Source of the DNA: Vicugna vicugna | Taxonomy: Eukaryota | Assembly: GCA_013265495.1 (NCBI GenBank) | Contig: MU058844.1 | Span: 10,748,184 to 10,812,183, forward strand | Reading direction: 5' to 3' | DNA length: 64,000 bases | The notes under the pieces: model-generated | Seen by the model: the letters and a program-made list of their open reading frames with translations, nothing else | Database searches by the model: none | What the model was told of the DNA's origin: nothing | Translations under genes and position numbers: made by a program | Shown: piece by piece, positions 1 to 13,080 of the stretch | How the letters are laid out: every line of letters starts with the position of its first letter | How positions within the stretch are numbered: position 1 is the first letter of the stretch

Positions 1-2010
1 CAGATCACTCCTTCCGTAGTGCAAACCTGCACAACGAGATGTAGCCTGTCTACTTGCTGTCTGGGTATTTGGAAGAAATCTAACACAGAAGGGATATTGG
101 AAAGTTGGGGTGGTTATTCTGTGAAATAGCACATGAGAATCACTCCAGCGTGCCTCTGACCTCAGAATCCCCTGAGGTAGGTGGGGACTTTACCATACTC
201 AACAGAGTGCCAAGAAAAATGGTCTGGATAAATTGAAATGCAAGTGGATAGGTGAAGTGTAAATGAAGTGGCATCTAATTTCATTTTAATAGTCCCTCAG
301 AACCTAGTTATTTGTCATTCAGATGGGTGACTCTTTCTAAGCACTGGTGATTGACTTCTTGGTAGCACAGGTAATTGGCAAATCACTGACTCTAGAAAGG
401 GTGTCTGAAGTCCGCTCCAGCCACCCACCCACAGACATGTCCCTCTGCTTGCTCTGGGCCGATAAGTCAGAAGGTTTTCTAAAAATGAACTATAACACTC
501 TTGAGGATCAGTAACTAGAGTCCAGAATGCCAGCTCACAGTGGACAGGACCTGGCCCTCCATAGCTCTGTTTTGCTGGGTGACATTTTTGTTTGCTAGTG
601 AAGATGTTCTTGCTGTAAGAACAGAGCTCATGCAATTTATGAGACTAAAGAAGACACATTCTGAAATGGGAGACTTTTCAGAGAAAATATTTAACCTTTA
701 CTAAAGAGAAGTATTTAGTTTATAATGTCTTAGTAGTTTCACAATAAATCTGAAATAGCTGTGCATGTTAAGAAAGATGATATTTGGAACCCTTGGGGTG
801 CAAATGACATCTCTCCTCCTATACTTCTATGCATGCAGAGTATAATTATTTTACTAGGAAAAAAAAAGCTGAAACATCGATTTTTAAACTCTTATTATCT
901 ATTTTGGCCAATTTAAACCTCCTGAATTTTGGATATCATCTCTTAGATACAGGGTTTAGGGTGTCATTGGGTTGTGTCTGTTGAGCTAGAAGACACATTC
1001 AAGACAAACATCTCAAGGATGACATCAATGGCAAAAATCCTTGTAACCTCCAATTAATCTCCTCACTATAATCTCTCTAAATGGTGGGCTGACTTGCACA
1101 TGGCATCACCAGTTTCTGGCTGTGTGACCAAATTTAAATCTAAGATTCTCATGCCAGATACTGGCTCAACCTATTTATGTAACACATTACTCCATTCAGC
1201 CCTGGAAAGGTTAAATGAGTTATCTAATGTTATGTAAGTAGGAAAAGTATAAATTTCATCTGGAGTTCTACTGTTAAGGGACTGAGTTTATACCCAGCCA
1301 TCCAGTTAAACAGGTAAAATGATGACATGATAATCTAAAACATTTAGGCTGCATCTAAAAGGAAGGGAAAGCAAGTGAATTCTGAACTCACAACCAAGAC
1401 CCCTGAGTTTCCTGCCATGTGAACTGTAATACTAATAATGAATGACAGGATTAACGTCCCCTTCTGTTCACGAATTAAATAATAATTTATTGGCTGTTTT
1501 CTAGCAACATAACCACGGTAGGGGAAAAAGAGTGATCCATGCAGGCAAACTTGCAGGATGTTCCTCACTCCGGGAGGTTTGTTGCTTCTGATACTTTAGG
1601 AAGAGGGCTAGAAAAATTGTGGCTGGAGGTGCCTGGTTCAGCCCTGCTGTGCGCTGCCGAGCGCACAGACGCGCTGGAAAAAAACTGTGATTTGCGGATT
1701 GTGCTTATGCTTCTTTTCAGGAGGTTTTAAAAATGAAGTTGTTTACTGTAATTATGCCCAGCAGGCACAAAACTTACCTTAGTGCTTGCGTGAAAACTTG
1801 AGCAAGCATTGATTGACCCTTGAGAACAACCCAGAAAACAAACAGGAAGCACAGATCTCAGCTAAACATGCTATGTTCACCCATGGAACAAAAAAGATCA
1901 GAGAAATAAACTTGAAGGCGATCTGTGTGATCAGAGGGAGGTGAGGGGAAGACTGGCTTATGTTTCTCTTCAAAGAGAGAGCCCAAGCCACGTGGGCCCT
2001 TTTCCCAGAG

Positions 2011-2206
2011 CAGAGCGGCTCAGCTTTGGCACTGTGCACCCTGTGGGCAGGGTACTTTGTCTGGGAGGCTGTCCTGTGCGTCGTAGGATGTCTGGCAGCA
2101 TCGCGAGATGACAGAACCCCTCCCCACCAGCTGTGGCAACCAAAGTGGTCTCCTCATATTGTCAAAAGTTCCCCGGAGCTAAGATCACCTTTAATTTGAA
2201 CCACTG
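2011..2206 (-). mobile_element. MER20 (hAT-Charlie non-autonomous DNA transposon)
   Basis: Matches the reverse complement of the MER20 consensus as recalled: 'ggcactgtgcacc...ggctgtcctgtgcgtcgtaggatgtctggcagcatc...tgtggcaaccaaagtggtctcc...tgaaccactg'. Confidence 0.85.
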
Positions 2207-3199
2207 GTCAAGATGAACAGTTCCTCTTTATAGCAGGTAAATACCTTCCTATCCACCCAATTAAGCGGGTTCACTAACGGCTGGTACACCCTACACAGCA
2301 CCACTCACTGCAGGAGAGACAGTTAGAAGCTACGAATACCATAACATCTAAGCCGGTCTGATTCTTCAGATAAAATGTGTATCCTTCTGGGGCAAGGATT
2401 TTGTCTGGCTTGAATCCCTCATGCCCAGAATAGTGACGTGCATGCCACTGGTGCACAATAAACATTTGTGGTAACTTAGGCAATGGATCTGTGATTAAAT
2501 ATTGGCTCAATTCTCGACTAAAGGAACACAACATATTTGGTTCTTATTCTGAATGAAGACCAGGTTATATCAGGAACTGACCTATGTCAGCTGAAGCTGT
2601 AACAATGTTTTTGAAGACGTATTTTCTACAATAAATGTTAGGCCTCTGAAAATGGAGAAACAGAGCTGATTTCTGACACAAGTAATGGATGGTTACTAAT
2701 GACATTACTAAGGGCAGTTTAGGCATAGTGACGTGATGCAGTCTGCAGTTGGGTGGTAGACTAAAAGAAAATCTTTTCAGGAGAAATGCTAAAGGAAGGG
2801 TTAACATTTAGGTTTTTAAATGATAGATCAGACCTCCGCTTTCAATCTAAAAACTGTTCCTCTGATACAATTGCCTAAGAAACATTGGCCCACAAATACT
2901 GTGATACATATTGACCCAAGAAATAAAGACTTAGAATTCCGTGGCTCATAATCTGAACCTATATATACCTGTTACCTATTACCATGTATGTAATCTGAGC
3001 CTATCTACACACCTGTAACTCTCAGGCTTCATGCAGTGAGCTCCCCAATATGCATTTCTGACACTGAAAAAAATCTAGATAACGTATCCTTACGTGTGGT
3101 CTTCCAACGTATTGTTCACTTGGTGAACTACTCAGGTAGACCTTATGGAAGGAAGATTTTTAGGAAATCTCTAATTTTAGGAGTTGGGACAAACTAGTG

Positions 3200-3960
3200 A
3201 ACGAGAGAGAAGCAAAGGTCAGGAGAAAAACTGGTAACAAAGGGCAAAGCATCCTGGTAATTACAGAAAGGGAGTTTAAAGAAGGAATCGACCACTAGTG
3301 CTAAACACCACAGTGAGCTTAAGAAGGATGGAGAGCAGTAAGCGACTACCAGAATTAGAGCTCACTGGAAGCTTTTAAAAGAACATACTTTGTGGGAGCC
3401 AGATTACAGGGGCTCGGTAAGAGTGAAGAGAAGCTGTGATTTTAAAACAGTGACTTTCAGAATTGTGCCATTGAAAGGACAAACAGCAACAACAACAAAA
3501 ACCAACAGCCCAGTAACGAGTCAAAGTAAGAAGCTGGAGAAAACTGTTGTTGGAATGTGAGAGTCCTAAGTGTGTGTGTGGACCAAGAGACGGTGCCAGA
3601 AGAGAGAAAGATTTCAAAAACTGGAAGCTAAAAAGGAGATGATGTATGGAGGATTGCTCCAGAGGAAGGGTGCAGGTGTGTGGAGGGGGAAGGGGACAGT
3701 GAACCTGCAGAAAGAAAAACAGGGAGCGTGGATAGAAAGAGGTTATAAGGAAGGGAGGTCAGAATTGTAGGAATAAGAACTGAATGCCCTTGGTTTTTGA
3801 AGTAAAGTAAAAACCAAGGTCATCAGCTGAAAGAAGAGGTTACGGAGGGGCCCATTTCAGACGTCTGGAGCCTGGAGAAGGAAGAACTGCTGAGTGGCTG
3901 TGAGAACCCATTGGTGTCCCATGAGGAGGGTCTAAAGTGGTTGGTCTTACACACTTAGTG
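3200..3960 (-). mobile_element. Degraded L2 LINE fragment
   Basis: Long purine-rich tract typical of antisense L2; highly diverged, boundaries approximate. Confidence 0.45.
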
Positions 3961-4569
3961 GCCTGGGAATGGGAACGGAGAAATCAGATTGCGAGATCAG
4001 AGGAACGGTTTAAATAGAAATATTAGAAATCTAGGAAGGTATAAAGGTGGTATGGAGACTAACGAGAGCCCTAGAAGAAAAATAAAGACCGAGAAGATTG
4101 TATTTTGAGTACAGGGTAGCAATATATACTACATAGATAGAGTCACACTTGAAAAAATCAGTGTGATGTGTATTCAATCATGTTTGTGTTGTAAGCACTT
4201 TACTTTCTACTAACATAATTTATAAAGATCACTCTCTGAGATTTCTTTCACTCTAGATTTCCATTATATGAATTATTTAGTTTTATTTGATATTTTAACT
4301 TAGTCCAAGAGAAAAGCGATCATAAATATTACAATTTCAAAATACACCACTTGTCCAAGTTTGTCTTGTATTATAGTCTCCCTGTTTCTGTAGATTATAT
4401 AAATCTGCCACCTATATAATTTAAATTTGAGTTTGAAATTGGAAAGTGGGTGCAAGGAATTCTTATTCTATACAATTTTTAATTGTTTAATAATATTTAA
4501 ATAGAGTTATTAACATTTTCAGGGAGAAATAATGATTTGGTTATTTTAAGAAGTTTAGTAATGGAAGTA

Positions 4570-5893
4570 AAAAGTGGCAGGGAATTTGGCAATATCTCCC
4601 CAAAGTGTCTTTGGTAACCCTTGCCTCTGGCATCCCACCTCTAGGAATTTACCTGTAAGATACACCTTCAAAAATTTAAAACAATATAAACAAAGTTAGC
4701 ATTGTGGCATAATATTGGGGGAAAAGCCCCTTTAAATGTCAAATTATAGGAGATTGGTTGAGTAAATTCTGATGTATCCACAGAACGGAGTACTATAAAG
4801 CCATAAAAAAGAACAAAATAGATTTCTAGGAACTGATGTGGAGTGAGTTTCAGGATGTGTTGTTAAGTGAAACACCTTAGTGATATTTAGTTGAAGGCCA
4901 TAAAAGAATGGTCTAAAAAACTTGACTCTGACTTAGCAAGTTTTTTAGTGTTGCTATTGGTGTCATAATTCTGAAACTATGTGTATTGTAGGATAGAGCA
5001 AGTGAGAAACATATGGATGGTGTTCTCAGAGTGGGAGGCGGGAGATGTGCATGTAGAATGGAAAAAGTGAAGAAGGATCCTGTGGTGTTGGAATGAAAGG
5101 TGTCAGTCTGAACACATTATTTAAAAAAAAAAAAATCTAGTTCTGTCTGCCAAAGGAGCTTAGAAGATGTGATCTTCCAGTAAAAATGAGTATATTTTGG
5201 GTTCTAAATACCATTACCCATCGGGGAGGGGAAGAGGACCAGAATTGGATGTTTCATGTCTAAGTCTGGGACAGGGAGGGTACTAGGTGGACCTAGAGCA
5301 CTTACTGTGTAAGGATGTAAGGATATTCCCCATGTCTGTTGGGACAAGTAGGAAAGACACACAAGCTGGTTTTCAGAGGCTCTTACTGGCCAAAATTGGG
5401 ACAGTATGAACATGAAAAAAGAAAATGATGGTAATAAATTATAAAAAGTTGAATAGAAAAAGAAATCCATGAATCTAAGGTGATACTATTAAATAAAAGG
5501 AAAAGAAACTTCTTGACAGTAGAAGGCCATCTCAAAATGTAGAAGAAATGGTAAGATTAGAAAATGACTTTTTTTTGGGGCAGTAGTCATTGTAGTAAGT
5601 CAATTAGGCAAGAATCCATAGGTGTTAAAAACACTGTGTAAAAGGTATCTGGGAATATTCATTGTAAAGGTTGATATGTACCTTCCAATGGAGTGGTCGA
5701 GGACATTTTTGGACAATTGGGGAAATTTACATTTAGACATTATATTTGATATTATTGTGCCAATGTTCAGTTTTTAGGCATGTGATATTGGTACTGTGGT
5801 TATGTAGGAGAACATTCTTATTCTTAAGATACACACTGAAATATTTAGGGATGAACGTCTATAGCTTATTTTCACATAGTTCATCCACAAAAG

Positions 5894-5928
<35 letters not shown>

Positions 5929-6052
5929 AGAAAGCTAATGTGGCAAAAAGTTACCATTTAGCATAAGCAAAGGGTATGTGTGTTCACTGTACTATTCTTT
6001 CAACTTTTTTGGTGAGTTAAAAAATTTTTCCAAATGTATAGTTTAAAAAAAA
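4570..6052 (+). mobile_element. Ancient L1M (L1MC/L1ME-type) 3' region
   Basis: L1 3' motifs 'atcccacctctaggaatttacc', 'ggagtactataaagccataaaaaagaa', 'ggtactgtggttatgtaggagaac', 'gttcactgtactattctttcaactttt', ending in an A-rich tail. Confidence 0.75.
5895..5927. repeat. (TCTG)n(TCTA)n microsatellite inside L1M
   Basis: gtctgtctgtctgtctatctatctatctatcta seen directly. Confidence 0.9.
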
Positions 6053-7879
6053 TATGAACTCATCAGCAGCCAAACCACCAAAAATGCATTGAGTGGAGCA
6101 GGTTGTAGAGTGGCAGAGTCTAGTAAAAAAAAAAAAAGTATTCAGTACTAATTTAATAGTAATAAACAGTATGGAGTATTCAATTGCATGACTTAAGATC
6201 AAATACAGTAACTCATTTGAACTATAAAGTGTTTGTATTTTGATTGTCATCAGCAGCTTTGCCTCTCAGTCTGGAAAGCATTAGATGTCTTGCACCCTCA
6301 GCCCTGAAAATCTGCAGACAATGTTATCGTTTATGTCAATACCACCTTCTTCTCCAAATCAATTCTGTATTTTCCGAACTGAATTTAAGCAGTCTAAGGA
6401 CAAACAATGTGCAAATAATCAAATGACAAACGGCTCCCATCACTCTCAAATTGAAACGATTTAAAATTCTGCACTAGTTTAACATAGTTGACTGTGGTGA
6501 TGTTACCGTCTAGGTCTTTAGAAGCAATATTGGATATTAATGTACATTTTTCTGGGGTCGTTTAGATACATTCATGCCTGCTGTAAAGGGGTAAACCAAA
6601 GGGCCTTCTGCATAGGTTTTCTGCGAGAGAACTGTTCAGCGATCCCTCATACAAACGATGATAAAGAGGATGAAATTGTCTCTATTCTTGCCTTGGCTTC
6701 ATAGAAGAATAATTAAAGTAGCTATCTCATAAAGCTAATTTATCATGGAAATTCAAATGAAGAATTTTTGTGGCAACGGAGAATTTTATTGCCAAAGGAC
6801 TGCATGTCCAAATACAATGTCTCTAAAAATTTCTTTTAAACATTTTTTTTAAAGAGATGTGAAATGAATTTGAAAGCTGTGCTTTTATGGAAAACTTGAG
6901 AAGCATTCCTGCTAGAGGCAGCTCGATTGATCCTAACTTGGTCAGCAGCCAAATGAAAGCCTCCGGCTAAATCTGCCCAGGTAAACTTCCAAACGGACAC
7001 TAAAGACAAGTGAAGCCAAAGCCTGCACTGCACTATTACTACACTGATGAACATCCCATGAAGGATAAAGCCCAGAGCCACCAATAAAATCACGGCAGAA
7101 AATATCCATTACTTTCCTATGATCAGCCAGCCCTATGTCACAGATGGTACTTTCCACTGTGTTTCTATTAGGACCAAAATTGAATACAGTGTAAGGCCCA
7201 TTATTTCATGGTTCCTTATTGCATTAATTTCGATAGAAGACAGGCTAAATCATGTTTCCCCGAGCATAACACATATAGAAAACAAGCTGGATGTAACTCC
7301 ATTAGCTGAGAAGTAGACAGCAAATCAAATCCCTCCTCTGTGATTTTTGAAGATACAATAAAATGCTTTTCATAAAGGCTTATTGAAACTTGGGTGAATA
7401 GTCACTAGAAAGCAAAACATATTCCTAAAAGGCGATGGACAGTACTTGTAAAAGGCACCAAACTAACCACTGGATGGCACTGGGACTACATTAGAATGTG
7501 ATGGTGAGACCACGTATCTGTCTCTCAAAATTCCCACATCGGTCGTTAGCAGCAAAGTCCAACAGGATGATGCCAATTCCTGTTCCTAATTATAAGGTGT
7601 TGAAAGAATAGAATTTTTCAACATCCCAGAGTGACCTGGCAATGCCATTCCAGAGGACTGCAGGTGATTAACTTATGCCACCTCCTGTACTGTCAACAGT
7701 TCCCTAGAGCTTCTCTCTCAAATGATTGTTTTCTTAGTCCTTGCTCTCGGTAGTTCCCACATCCCTTTTTCTATCCAGATCGCCCCCCTTCCCCAGGTCA
7801 GTTACATTCCCTTATTAGTGTGTCATGTGTAGTACATTACTGACCACCTGCATTTGATGACACCTTGTAATACATCCTC

Positions 7880-8830
7880 AGATCTTTCTTCTAAACTCTT
7901 TCCATCTTCCATTAACTGAAACCCAACTTCCCCTGGATGCCTCCCAGTCTCTTATGTTCCTATAAAGGCAGAAGAACGACTTAGCATATTATCTGTTCTT
8001 CAAGATGATAAACTCCCAGCACTTAGGCCACTTCCATTTTCTGTACTGATGCTACTTAATTTTTCATCGTCACCAACAACTTCTAGGATGGGTGTCCATC
8101 TTCTTCCATGTCCTGTCCTGCATTTTGTCAACATCCTTAGAGGCACTCCTCATGATTTTAACACCCCTTGATGATCCTCTGCCAGTTGGCCCTCAGAATC
8201 CCTTTATTTCTTTGAGTCTCATAATGTTCACAATTATAGTTTGGGTTTCATCTCTGGGCTGTGCTCCACGTTCCATCCTAGACATCCCAAAATTTCTCTT
8301 TCAGGGTAGCCTTCTGTATTCTTTTCTCTATAAATCTGTTTATTATTTTCTTCATTCACTACCCCTTCTAGTATGTGATACAGATACTGGTTTTATTTAT
8401 CCAGTCGTTGAACCTGAACCCCACAATACCTAGTTAATAACATGCTATTTCTACAGCATGTCACGCCGTCTTAAATATACACCACATGTGCTTGCTACTC
8501 TTAACCCCTCTATGATGGCTGGCTATTTCTTGCCCTCTAAATATTAATAAAGTCTCAGTCATTCTCAGTTCATTAAAAATGCACTTCACTGTCAACTTGG
8601 ATGGGTCCTCTTTGACTTCTGAAAGTTCTTCTAGTCGTTTTTCCTGGACATACTACCAGGTATCCTCATCTTGCCTGGCTAATTTACACTCCTTTCTAAA
8701 CCATAGCTCCAATACTTCCATTCTCTGAATTGCTCCTGATCATTTCAACCATCTAGACTCTTTCTTCTTTGAATCCTCTTTCTTTGAATCTCTGTGAATG
8801 TTGTCTCCTTGAGGACAAGAACACTGACTT
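7880..8830 (+). mobile_element. Degraded L2 LINE fragment(s)
   Basis: Pyrimidine-rich, with L2-like 'ccattaactgaaacccaacttccc' near the start and a 3'-like 'gaatgttgtctccttgaggacaagaac' near the end. Confidence 0.45.
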
Positions 8831-10334
8831 TTCACTTCTCATTTCTCCACCAGGTGGAGGGGGACTCTCCAAAGTACTCTGTACAGGACAAAATAAGGGA
8901 GTGATGTTTCTGTCTTTTTGGCTTCCTCCCTCTCTCCTTCCTCCCCAGGGGGAGGAATGCCTGGCCCTACTGATAAATTTGAGAGACGGAATCAAGCCTG
9001 CGTGGCCCAGGGTGTCTGAGGTTCTTACTTTCTATCTGCTTGCCCAGACAGGTGCATGCTCTTGGCTGTGCAGTGAACTTATGGGGGGTACAGTCTGCGC
9101 TTTCAGGGAGCATTGCAGATTTGAATTGTAAGCTCAGTTCAAGGAACCATGTTGAGACTACATACTCTAAGGCCCACAATGCAGTTAATATGCTCCCCAA
9201 AGCTACTGTTTTGATCTCCGTAGCTTGATTCCTCAGCCTACATCTCATATGGTTCTGGACCCCGGAGGATAAAGATAGGTATGCTCTCAACCAGTCCCCT
9301 TAAATCTTAAGAGTTGGTATAAGCCTTACATACCATGCCATTTTATTCCTTGGACATCTCTCTTACTAGTGGCGTAACTCCTTTTGTGAGGGCAAGAACT
9401 CTCACTGATCTGTAGTAGCATCTTGACACATATTCACTGAATTGAACTATGATCCCCATGTAAGAAAGGCATCTAGAATTTGAAACTGTGTCGTCGTCAA
9501 ATGATCACAGTATTTCCAAGGGAAGATGCTTCTGCCATACGTTTAAGAGAAAATAACAAATAATAAAGCAACAGAAAGACGTATAGGATACATTATGGGT
9601 GTTCCAGAATCAAAACATTTAAAATGGAGAACTCTAATTCACTAGAAAACTGATAAATCCTAAGTAGTATGAATAGTATCTTTTAGCTCACAGATGTAAT
9701 GCAGGGCATTCTACAGATCATCATACTAGATTGTGTGCATATGTAGCTAGTCCCATTATTTAGAAAAAAAATCTAGGAGAAAGCAAAACAAATAAAATAC
9801 CAAAAATAACAATAACAGCAAAAAACTCACCGAAAAAGATCTAACTAATCTCTTCCAATTACTAAATCCTGTTTTAAAGAGACCTTAAAGTTACCTTAAC
9901 CTCATCACACAGATATTCTCTTCATAATTTTTGACAATTTTATTCTGTTCTTCTCAACAAATGTGTCAACACTTTAAAAAATGTAACATTTTAAAAATGA
10001 AGTCTCAGTATACCTTAATTTCATTATCCAGTGTACACATTTTGGGCTTAAAAAATTATACAAGTGTCAAATCTGAGCATTTAGTTCAAAGCATTTAGAA
10101 TCATTTTTACAAGCAATAGATGTAAAGCTCTAGGGAATTAAAACATTGCTGTAAATTTTAAAATGTCTACATCTCCATTTAGAAATGATTTAGGTACTTG
10201 GACTTTTGATTTTTCAGTTTTGACAGTATTTTTCTCTATTTCAGAAATCAAGAGAAACAGGTTTGCATGGTGTAGTAATAGATATACCTTACAAATAAAT
10301 GACCTCTTGAAATCCTAGAAATCTGAAAAATTAG

Positions 10335-10567
10335 CATTTACTGAGCATTTATAATGTGAATTATTGTGATAGTAACTTCTTGGCACTCTATCACTTAATC
10401 CTCTTGTTAAAATAAGAGGGGAGACATTATATTACCCCTGTCCTTCAGATGAGGAGACTGAGGTTGGGAGAGACTAAATAGTTTACTGAAGTCAACAGCG
10501 GGGAAGGAGCGTAGCCCAGGTCTAAACTCAGATGGTCCAGCTCCAGAGCCCGTGCTCCTAATCACTC
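10335..10567 (-). mobile_element. MIR SINE
   Basis: Antisense MIR core 'cagatgaggagactgaggttgggagag' and 'ctccagagcccgtgctcctaatcact'. Confidence 0.85.
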
Positions 10568-11282
10568 CTAACCTTTCTGCTGGAAGACCACGCAATGGTT
10601 TTGGAGATTAACCCTCTATGGGATGAATAGTTTAATTCTGGAGGGAATATATGAAATTAGCGGCAATTAATTCAAAAGACCGGTTTTAGATACGGCAATG
10701 TGACTAACGTGAAGGTCAAATGAGTCTCCCTCTTCTTTGGTTATTTAGGAACACTGAGAACCATCTTTGTTAATTATTGATCTCCGCATGCCGCACTCCT
10801 TCTCAGAAACAGAGATGGCAAATCCCAAAGCAGCTTTCAAAGACAGCTGCTCCATCTCACACTACCAGGAGGTCAAATCTGCTCGCAGCCTCGGCGAATG
10901 AGTTTCCCCCACCTTTGAGCTCTCTTCTTCCAGAGAGGCCTTTAAAATTCTACTTGCCTCACTGCGTCTGAGAAGCCTCTAAATTATTCTGCTCACAGAT
11001 TCGTGTGATAAAAATAAGCGGGCAGCTAAATAAGATCGTGTGTAAGATTGTATGTATTTCTGTTGTTCCCTGCATGAGTTCTTATATGTGCTTTAGATTT
11101 TAAAACATTTTTTTTCATACCATTTGTAACTTAAACTTTTAGAAGTCAGGACATAAACATTTTGTAGGAGCCTGCCAATGACCAGCAGTACATTTAGTGC
11201 TCTTTATACAACTTGATAGTCTATGGATAAAGTTGGCTCCTTTACTAACTGTTCTTGTGTGAATTTTTGGAGCCATAAATGT

Positions 11283-11616
11283 TATCACTCACATGTGGAA
11301 TCTAAAAAAATAAACAAGTGAATTTAACAAAACAGAAACAGACTCACAGATGCAGAGAACAAACTAGTGGTTACCAGTGGGGAGAGGGGATGGGGAGAAA
11401 GGTAAAGTAGGGGTAGAAGATTAAAAGGTACAAACTACTATGTATAAAATAAATGAACTACAAGGATATATTGCATAGCTCAGGGAATATAGCCAATGCT
11501 ATGTGATAACTTCAAACAAAGAATATCTATAAAAATATTGAATCACTATCTTTCACATCTTTGTAGTACGATATTGTGAATTAACTATATTTCAATCAAA
11601 AAATAAAATTAAAAAG
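11283..11616 (+). mobile_element. L1 3' UTR fragment (cetartiodactyl-type), 5'-truncated
   Basis: 'atcactcacatgtggaatctaaaaaa...acagactcacagatgcagagaacaaactagtggttaccagtgggg...ggtacaaactactatgtataaaataaat', ending in an A-rich tail. Confidence 0.9.
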
Positions 11617-12456
11617 AATACGAATTATTTAAAAACTATGGAGGCACTGACATTAGTGGGTTAATATCTGCAGAGATCTAAGGATAACATTTTTTAGAAA
11701 GACATTTGCAAATGCAGAAAATCACAGACTTCCTGCTGTCCCTTGATTCATCCATAATTTTCTTGGGACTCTCATTTAAAAGTATCTACATTGTTGAAAA
11801 TCTATTTAACTTCCCATTCACAAAGCATTCAACTGGTAATTGCTGCAAACAGGGAAAATTGCTGCTCAAGGATTCAAGATGCTTTGAAAGGAATATTGAA
11901 AAGTTTAAAGATGAGGGGACTAATGGCCCAAAAGGATATGGGAAAGCTGTTGAGAAACTTGACTGCTGATTATTATTGTTGAGATCAAGTTGAATTAGAA
12001 AATGGTATTTGCTAATTAAGGAGAAAAAAAAATCTATCGATAATTAGCCTCTCATCTCATTTTTTTCTTATGCACATTTAGTAAACAATAGCTAGTTGTG
12101 ACCTCAGAAATTACATCCTTGTTAACCTCAAATAACACGGTAATATATTCAAGCTCAAATACTTCTGAGGGCAAAGCACTAATCTGAAACGTTTCTTTCA
12201 ATGAAAAAGGATTTAGAAAATTGTGTGCTCTGTTCTAACCATAAATACTCTACCTTGTCTTCCAAGTGACTATATTGAAAAAATGAAAAATGTGAAAAAG
12301 AGGTGTCTTTGTTCTGCAAATACTAATGATTCACCAGTAAGAACCAGCAGTAGTCAGCAGGAAAGAGAAAGAGCACGTAAATTTAGGGCAGGTTGTCCCA
12401 TCTTTGCCAGATTGAAATAACATTTGTTGGGTTTATTAAAATGGAAGATTCCTCTT

Positions 12457-13080
12457 CAAAAGTAGAACTACCATATGATCTAGCAGTTCTACTCCTGGGT
12501 ATATGTCTAAAGAAAACAAAAATACTAATTCAAAAGGATACATACACTTATTTACAATAGCAAAGATAATGGGGAGGGTTTCAAGATGGCAGAATAGAAG
12601 GATGTGGAGCTCCCCCCTCCCACAAATACAATAGCCAAGATATGGAAGCAATCTAAATGTCCAGCAACAGGTGAATGGATAAAGAAGATGTGGTGTATGT
12701 ATATACACACACACAATGGAATACTACTCAGCCATAAAAAGAATGGAATTTTGCCATTTGCAGTAACATGAATGGACTTGGATGGTATCATGCTAAGTGT
12801 AGTAAGTCGGAGGAACACAAATACAATGTATCACTTATATGTGGCATCTAAAAGTTAAAACAAATGAATGAATATAACAAAACAGATAAGGGTAGGGGAT
12901 CAAGAGGTACAAACTACTATGTCTAAAATAAATAAGCTACAAGGATAGATTTTATAGCACAGGGAATACAGCCAACATTTTATAATGACTTTAAATGGAA
13001 TTTAATCTATAAATACTTTGAATCACTGTGTTGTACACCTGAAACTAACATAATATTGTAAATCAAACAAAAAACAAAAT
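12457..13080 (+). mobile_element. L1 ORF2 C-terminus plus 3' UTR, 5'-truncated, with an internal L1 5'-UTR insert
   Basis: 'agaactaccatatgatctagcag...atagccaagatatggaagcaatctaaatgtcca...gaatggataaagaagatgtggt...gccatttgcagtaacatgaatggac' followed by 3' UTR and an A-rich tail. Confidence 0.92.

Noticed and set aside
6836..7157. Membrane-protein-like ORF (MILLVALGFILHG...)
   Set aside because: Non-ATG start, no convincing splice boundaries and no recognisable family motif.
12436..12818. Hydrophobic minus-strand ORFs
   Set aside because: They are antisense translations of L1 ORF2/3' UTR sequence.
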